Origin: a virus
UHGV virus genome: UHGV-0197549
DNA: 64,000 nucleotides
Reading direction: 5' to 3' (one strand)
Below the pieces are notes generated by a model, which ran no database searches, was not told the origin of the DNA, and saw only the letters and a list, made by a program, of their open reading frames with translations. Below, piece after piece: positions 58,513-64,000 of the stretch (position 1 is its first letter; every line of letters starts with the position of its first letter). Both the position numbers and the translations under genes were made by a program.

Positions 58513-59823
58513 ATGGCCATTAAAGTAGCAAGAGGACAGGTCACCATCATCGACCAGAACGATGCCGTCTCCCTTCAGGCGTTTGTCGGTTCCAACCAAC
58601 CTCTCACACAAGTTTTTAACAAGGACACGGGCGCTTTTGCCCCGAACTGGACGGCATCCCCGTATCTGGTGCTGACCCCTTCCTTATTTGTCAGTGGCAA
58701 GGGCGCCGCTGACCAGATTACCACCGTAGGAAATGCGGCGGTTCTGACTCCCGGTGTAAAATCCGGCTCCGCCAAATGGTACAAGAACGGTACGGCTATA
58801 ACCACGGGCGCGGACGGATGTACAATTGGGGCGGCATCCGCCAAGTATGCGCTGACCGTCAAGACGAACCACATGAGTGTGAGTGTCCCGCAGGTACGCT
58901 ATACCTTTGAGGCCGTTTACATAGACGCCAACGGGCTGGAGATTCCCTTCCGCTCGGATATCCAGTTCACGCAGCACCTGAACGCGGGCGCGACCATCGT
59001 GGCGGTGGCTTATGCACCTAACGGTGTGGTTTTCCGTAACGATGAAGTGACCGCCCTCAAGGCGCACTGTGACCTGTGGCGCGGGGCGACCATCGACAAT
59101 ACGAATATCACCTATGCCTGGGGCATCAAGGATTCCTCCGTGTTCGCGCCGACCACCCTTACCGCAGCAGCGGCATCCGGAGCCACCACGATAACGGTTG
59201 CCAATGTCGCCAATATGGAAGCGGGCGGAAAGATAACGGTCGGCTCGGCGCAATACACCATTTCCGCTATAAATGCCAGCACCAAAGTGGTGACGCTGAC
59301 TTCCGCATTGAGTGCCGCAGCCGCTTCAGGAGCGTCCGTTTCCTGCCCGTATTATAATTCCATGCTGGGGGTGAGCTGGTCCTGCCTGACATCGGCAAAC
59401 CCTAAAGGCGTTACAGCCGGATGGACGACCAATGAGATTACGATCACGGCGGATGCGGTACTGAACTTCGAGACATTCAAGTGCGCCATCAAGGACACGG
59501 ACACTTCCGCAGGCAACGCTTCGGCCAACAAGGTGGTCTGCGACATCATTTCCTTCTCGGACATGTCAGACCCCATCACCGTGCATATCGTCAGCCAGAA
59601 AGGGTTCACCATCAAGAACAACCTGAACGACGTGGACGCCAAAGCCATCCTCTACCGGGGAGGCGACGAGCTGGACAGTGCCGGGACATCTTATACTTAT
59701 ACCTGGAAACTCTGGAACGCGGCGGGCACGACGGTCGTAAGGACCTACACCGGAAAGTCCGTAACAGTGTCCAAGGCGGATGTGACGGGAAGGGGTGTCC
59801 TTATGTGTGAAATTTCCAAATAG
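58513..59823 (+). CDS. tail fibre-associated protein (436 aa, Thr/Ala/Gly-rich)
   Basis: ORF in module. Confidence 0.45.
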   Translation: MAIKVARGQVTIIDQNDAVSLQAFVGSNQPLTQVFNKDTGAFAPNWTASPYLVLTPSLFVSGKGAADQITTVGNAAVLTPGVKSGSAKWYKNGTAITTGADGCTIGAASAKYALTVKTNHMSVSVPQVRYTFEAVYIDANGLEIPFRSDIQFTQHLNAGATIVAVAYAPNGVVFRNDEVTALKAHCDLWRGATIDNTNITYAWGIKDSSVFAPTTLTAAAASGATTITVANVANMEAGGKITVGSAQYTISAINASTKVVTLTSALSAAAASGASVSCPYYNSMLGVSWSCLTSANPKGVTAGWTTNEITITADAVLNFETFKCAIKDTDTSAGNASANKVVCDIISFSDMSDPITVHIVSQKGFTIKNNLNDVDAKAILYRGGDELDSAGTSYTYTWKLWNAAGTTVVRTYTGKSVTVSKADVTGRGVLMCEISK

Positions 59824-59840
59824 GTGCTATATGGAAGTTT
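59812..59840. promoter_or_regulatory. copy 4 of the palindromic motif (reverse orientation), overlapping the stop of the previous gene and ~80 bp upstream of the tail-fibre ATG
   Basis: TTCCAAATAG-GTGC-TATATGGAAGTTT. Confidence 0.5.
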
Positions 59841-59851
59841 GATGTTTTTTT

Positions 59852-59885
59852 AAGGCGGTGTCATACCGCCTTTTCCCGTTTATTC
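59852..59885 (+). terminator. candidate terminator hairpin AAGGCGGT-gtcat-ACCGCCTT followed by TTTTCCCGTTTATT
   Basis: 8-bp stem; the T-run is interrupted. Confidence 0.4.
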
Positions 59886-59915
59886 CCTATTCTACCTTAG
59901 ACTAAACCTTAACCA

Positions 59916-62900
59916 ATGGAAAAACAACTGATCGCACGGGGACAGGCGACCATCCTCGTACAAAAAGACTCCTACACGATTCACCAGTCGGTAGGTGAAT
60001 ATATCTTTCCGGCAAATAATAACGGCTCCCTCTCACAGGCGGTCACCTTCAGTTCCACCATCAAGGTGACGCTGGGCGACGACAACCTGACGAACTTCAC
60101 GATTGGCGCCGTTACCAGACCTGCCGGGTTCTCCGCCATCACCGTGAACAACACGAACAAGACGGTTAGCTACTCGGTTGCCGCCGGTACGACTACCATG
60201 GCGGACAGCGGGCTGGTGACGATTCCGGTAACCATTGCCGGACAGACATATACTATTACCTTCTCTTATGCCAAGGCGAAGACCGGTGCGGCAGGCGTCG
60301 ATTCCAATATGCTCGACTGGGTAAGCGACTGGAACAGTGCCAAAACGGTGATCGGTTCCCAGTCGGTCATCACTCCCAAACTGTTTGCCGGGACAAAGAA
60401 CGCGAACGGGACGATAACGGGTATTGCTATCGGCAAGTTCCCGCTAAGTACCGTAAACGCTTCCGGAGCGGTTGCCACCGAGACAATCAACGGCATCTAC
60501 GGGTTCAAGGACGGATACAAGACATTCGCCATTGATACTACGGGAAGTGTGTTGCTGGGCAAGGGCAACCAGTTCATCCGTTATAACCCGGCAAACGGGA
60601 AGATAGAGTTCGGATCGGAAGTGACGCTGAACTGGGTGAACGCCATCAACACCGCCAAGACCGAAGCAATCAATTCCGCGGCGGCAACGGCGCAGGCGAA
60701 AGCGGATGCCGCGAAGAAAGGAGCTGTGGATGCGGTAAGAAACGATATCGCTGATGCCAAGAAAGCCGGAACGGATGCAAAGGCGGTTGCCGATGCCATC
60801 ACTAACAAGGCGAATACGGAAGGTTGGGCGACCAAACTCACCTATATAGGCTCTACGGGCATCTATACGGGAACGCTCTCTGCCAATACGGTGAACGCCG
60901 TCCGTATCAACGCTTCCCAGATTAGCGCCGGAACCATTGACGCGGCACGTATCAACGTAGCCGCCCTGAAAACATCACTGATAACGGCAGGCAATATCGA
61001 AGCATTAACACTGAACGTTACTAAAGGGAAAGTCGGCGGCTGGAGCATTGATGCGGACTCAATTTACCGTAGCACCAAGAACAACACTTCCGGAGCATAT
61101 ACGGGGGCTTCGGGTTCGGTTTGCATCGGCTCGAACGGCATCCGGGGCTTTAAATGGCGGCTGGACGCGACAGGTGCGGGTGCCGTAGCGGGTGGCAATA
61201 TTGCATGGGACGCGGCAGGGAATGTCACGTTCGGTGCTTCGGTAACCCTGAACTGGACAAATGCTGCCAATACAGCCGCCAATAACGGTAAACTATTTAT
61301 ACGTGGTACAGGATTGAACCATTCCGCCACCCGTTATATCTTACTGAACGGCACGAAAATCCACGAATCCTCTTCCCGGGGACTGGTACTGAGTGTAATC
61401 AACCGGAGCGACCTGAAAGCGGTGAGCCATACGCATTACGACGTTTATGCCAGCGATGCCAACTGTAATAGCCTGGCAACGGCAATGAACGCCCTCGACA
61501 GTACCAAAATTGTCATCCTGACCTCCTATGACGCTATCCGTATCAATGCGACGCTATCCGCGGCTATCCAGCGCTGTGGCGGCTCTGATTATATGGTAAC
61601 CGATGCCAGGACCCCTTACGCCCTGATAGGTATTCCGGGGATAGGCAGGAATATGGGGCTGACCTCCATATACGGTCTGGAAGCCACCGCCCCGTTCGCT
61701 GAAATCTCCACCGTCATAGTGAACGGTATTCCCCAGGGAGTCAATGCGGACGGAAAACTGAAAACCTACCTGAGCGGCAACGGCATCTATACCGGCACGC
61801 TGACTGCCGCACAAGTGAATGCGGTCGCTATCAATGCCGGAAGTATCACTGCGGGTACCCTTAGTGCTGACAGAATAGGCGCCAAGGCAATTACTGCCGC
61901 CAAGATTGCCGCCGGTACGATCACTGCCACAGAAATCAATGTATCCAGCATTCAGGCATCCGTCGTTACGGCAACGGCAGTCAACGGTCTGACCTGTACG
62001 TTCAACAAGGGAACGATAGCCGGATGGACGATTAACTCCACACAAATATTCAAGAACAGTGTTTATCTCGGTGCGGACGGTTCCATCACGAACTCTACCA
62101 AATGGAAATTTAATAACGACGGTTCGGGACAAATAGCAAATGGTAATATCAGTTGGAACGCTGCGGGAGCGGTGACGTTTTCTTCCGCGGTTTCATTGAA
62201 TTGGACGGACGCAATCGAAAAAATTCAGATAGGCGGAAATAACTTGTTGAATAATTCCGGAGACTGGAGAACTGCCGGCTGGAATGGCGGATACACAACC
62301 AATGGCGGTGGTTATACAATAGACTCATCCGTGCTTTTCAAAGGAAGACCTACGCTGAAAACCGATGCCGGAAACGGGGTCGTTCACTCGTCATGGATAA
62401 AATTGGAAAATAATGCCGAGTATACTTATTCGGCAATGGTAAGATGTAATAAAACAATTACAGGTAATGGAAATACCCCCTTGCATTATTGGGCGGGAAA
62501 GGATAACAACAGCCAGTCCAAAATTACCGTTTTGAAATATGATACGTCTGTTGTTGCCAACACTTGGAAAAGGATATATGTAGTCTTCAAGCTAAATTCT
62601 GACGGAGATAGTTTCCGTCCGTTCCTTTACAGGGGAAGTAACGAATCAACATTCTATAATGTAGCTTACTTCAAACTGGAAAGAGGGAACAGACCGACTG
62701 ACTGGAGCCAGTCAGACGGTGACGCCAACAAGCTTTCAATTGATGCCCAGAACGCTGCAAATGCAATTATTGCAGCCTTGGGAGGTTCCGGCTATCCAAA
62801 AATGACAAAAATATCTTCCACTGGAATCTATACGGGAACACTGACGGCAGCACAGGTGAATGCGGTGGCCATCAATGCGGGCAGCATCAATGCGGGCACA

Positions 62901-64000
62901 CTGAGTGCCGACAGGATAGCCGCCGGCAGCATCACTTCCACGAAACTGGACGCGGCAAGCATCAAAGCCAATATCATCAATACCGGCTATATAAACGGAT
63001 TAACCTGTACGTTTGTACGGGGAACCATCGGCGGGTGGACGATTAATTCTACACAGATATATAAGAACAGTGTCTATCTGGGTTCGGACGGTTCCATCAC
63101 GAACTCTACGAAATGGAAATTAAATAATGACGGTTCGGGACAGGTGGCAAACGGAAACATCAGTTGGAACGCCGCGGGAGCCGTAACTTTCGCTTCCTCC
63201 GTGTCCCTGAACTGGACCAATGCAGCAACGAATGCCTTGAACTCCGCAAAGAGTTACGCCGATACCAAGAAAACGGAAGCCGTCAATGCAGCGGCTTCTG
63301 ATGCGACAGCCAAAACCAATGCCGCCAAGGAACTGGCTCTGGCCATGGCTTTCGGCAAGATGATGTACCGTGACCCGGAGTTTCGGAATGACAATAACAG
63401 TATCACCGTATATAACACCAATAGCAACGGTACGGTAACGATTGCCCGGACGGGGCTTTCCAGTGCACCCAATGACAGCAAGACGGTACTGGAGATCAAA
63501 ACGGCCGGCAGCGCGACACCGGGTATAGGCGGCTTTTGCTTTGCCACTCCCTGTTCCAACCGAAAAGTGTTTATCGTCAGGATTATAGCCAAAATACCTG
63601 TGGGAAGGAATATCCAGTGGACAAGCAATGCCATCGGCGCTTCGGGCAGCAGCAAATGGCTGACACCGAACGCCGGCACAGGAGACTGGGCGGAGTACAT
63701 ATACAAGGTGACGTGCGGTACTTCGGGCTTCTCTTCGACGAACTTCTTCTATCTGGACGGCGCGCAGGGAACCGCGGCGGCTCCCGTCATCTGGCATGTC
63801 GCCTACGCAACCGTGTTCGACACGACTTCTTCCGAAAGGTATACCACCACCATTGACGCCAACGGCATTTATACCGGCACGGTACGGGCGGGTCAGGTGC
63901 TCGTTGACAGCGCGCTGGTAGTGGGCGGCAGCACGTATAACGGCAGCATCTCGGTAAGGGATGCGGGCAACAATGTGAAGGCGACGCTCGACCGCACGGG
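59916..64000 (+). CDS. tail fibre / receptor-binding protein, 3'-truncated by the window end (>1360 aa)
   Basis: ATG at 59916 opens a frame translated by eye to the window end without a stop; supported indirectly by the ORF track listing no terminated plus-strand ORF in 59.9-64.0 kb; reiterated GIYTGTLTAAQVNAVAINAGSI...GTLSADRI and NSTKWKxNNDGSGQxANGNISWNAAGAVTF modules. Confidence 0.7.
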   Translation, partial: MEKQLIARGQATILVQKDSYTIHQSVGEYIFPANNNGSLSQAVTFSSTIKVTLGDDNLTNFTIGAVTRPAGFSAITVNNTNKTVSYSVAAGTTTMADSGLVTIPVTIAGQTYTITFSYAKAKTGAAGVDSNMLDWVSDWNSAKTVIGSQSVITPKLFAGTKNANGTITGIAIGKFPLSTVNASGAVATETINGIYGFKDGYKTFAIDTTGSVLLGKGNQFIRYNPANGKIEFGSEVTLNWVNAINTAKTEAINSAAATAQAKADAAKKGAVDAVRNDIADAKKAGTDAKAVADAITNKANTEGWATKLTYIGSTGIYTGTLSANTVNAVRINASQISAGTIDAARINVAALKTSLITAGNIEALTLNVTKGKVGGWSIDADSIYRSTKNNTSGAYTGASGSVCIGSNGIRGFKWRLDATGAGAVAGGNIAWDAAGNVTFGASVTLNWTNAANTAANNGKLFIRGTGLNHSATRYILLNGTKIHESSSRGLVLSVINRSDLKAVSHTHYDVYASDANCNSLATAMNALDSTKIVILTSYDAIRINATLSAAIQRCGGSDYMVTDARTPYALIGIPGIGRNMGLTSIYGLEATAPFAEISTVIVNGIPQGVNADGKLKTYLSGNGIYTGTLTAAQVNAVAINAGSITAGTLSADRIGAKAITAAKIAAGTITATEINVSSIQASVVTATAVNGLTCTFNKGTIAGWTINSTQIFKNSVYLGADGSITNSTKWKFNNDGSGQIANGNISWNAAGAVTFSSAVSLNWTDAIEKIQIGGNNLLNNSGDWRTAGWNGGYTTNGGGYTIDSSVLFKGRPTLKTDAGNGVVHSSWIKLENNAEYTYSAMVRCNKTITGNGNTPLHYWAGKDNNSQSKITVLKYDTSVVANTWKRIYVVFKLNSDGDSFRPFLYRGSNESTFYNVAYFKLERGNRPTDWSQSDGDANKLSIDAQNAANAIIAALGGSGYPKMTKISSTGIYTGTLTAAQVNAVAINAGSINAGTLSADRIAAGSITSTKLDAASIKANIINTGYINGLTCTFVRGTIGGWTINSTQIYKNSVYLGSDGSITNSTKWKLNNDGSGQVANGNISWNAAGAVTFASSVSLNWTNAATNALNSAKSYADTKKTEAVNAAASDATAKTNAAKELALAMAFGKMMYRDPEFRNDNNSITVYNTNSNGTVTIARTGLSSAPNDSKTVLEIKTAGSATPGIGGFCFATPCSNRKVFIVRIIAKIPVGRNIQWTSNAIGASGSSKWLTPNAGTGDWAEYIYKVTCGTSGFSSTNFFYLDGAQGTAAAPVIWHVAYATVFDTTSSERYTTTIDANGIYTGTVRAGQVLVDSALVVGGSTYNGSISVRDAGNNVKATLDRT
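61770..63235 (+). repeat. large intragenic direct repeats in the tail-fibre gene (61770-62215 vs 62810-63235, ~80-85% identity; related copy near 60850-61270)
   Basis: Nucleotide-level similarity seen directly. Confidence 0.6.

Noticed and set aside
60266-63797. Minus-strand ORFs within 60.2-63.8 kb (76-225 aa)
   Set aside because: They lie antisense to the long GC-rich, repeat-containing tail-fibre reading frame. Their translations are low-complexity (A/G/R/P-rich) with no start context.
1-64000. CRISPR arrays, rRNA genes, IS elements or transposase genes
   Set aside because: No regularly spaced direct repeats with unique spacers, no rRNA-like conserved blocks, and no DDE or serine transposase motifs were seen anywhere in the window.

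Overview
The window appears to come from a Bacteroidota (Bacteroidales-type) genome. The evidence is signal-peptide outer-membrane proteins, an HU-like gene and the AT-rich promoter style.

Positions 1-4.9 kb look chromosomal: a DUF3575-like beta-barrel, a large secreted protein with a Lys/Glu-rich tail, an outer-membrane beta-barrel and an HU-family gene ending in a clear intrinsic terminator.

From about 5.0 kb to the window end lies one long prophage or integrative element that is not closed within the window.

(i) A roughly 30-kb, lower-GC block of about 45 genes sits almost entirely on the minus strand (5.1-35.6 kb). It carries:
- a minimal (196 aa) tyrosine recombinase translationally coupled to an atypical N6-adenine methyltransferase-like gene;
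- an RNase HI;
- a stand-alone MutS domain-I protein;
- a DsrE-like protein;
- a run of small acidic proteins;
- a four-gene operon ending in a full seven-motif reverse transcriptase, followed by about 880 bp of structured non-coding DNA;
- three KilA-N/Bro-N antirepressor-type genes;
- an iteron array in a 1.7-kb AT-rich gap;
- a tRNA-like element;
- a recurrent 27-bp palindromic motif.

(ii) A Mu-like myovirus morphogenesis module sits on the plus strand (35.9 kb to the end). It contains a DUF935-type portal, an F-like head morphogenesis protein, a G-like protein, a ClpP-like protease/scaffold, a major head protein, sheath and tube, a chaperone with a canonical -1 frameshift site (AAATTTA), a 1275-aa tape-measure protein, baseplate proteins, and a tail fibre of more than 1360 aa with large internal repeats. 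A low-GC moron is inserted in this module: a 4-TM membrane protein plus umuD and umuC.

No terminase, lysis genes, transposase or CRISPR array are visible. The RT cassette is the most likely undescribed system here.
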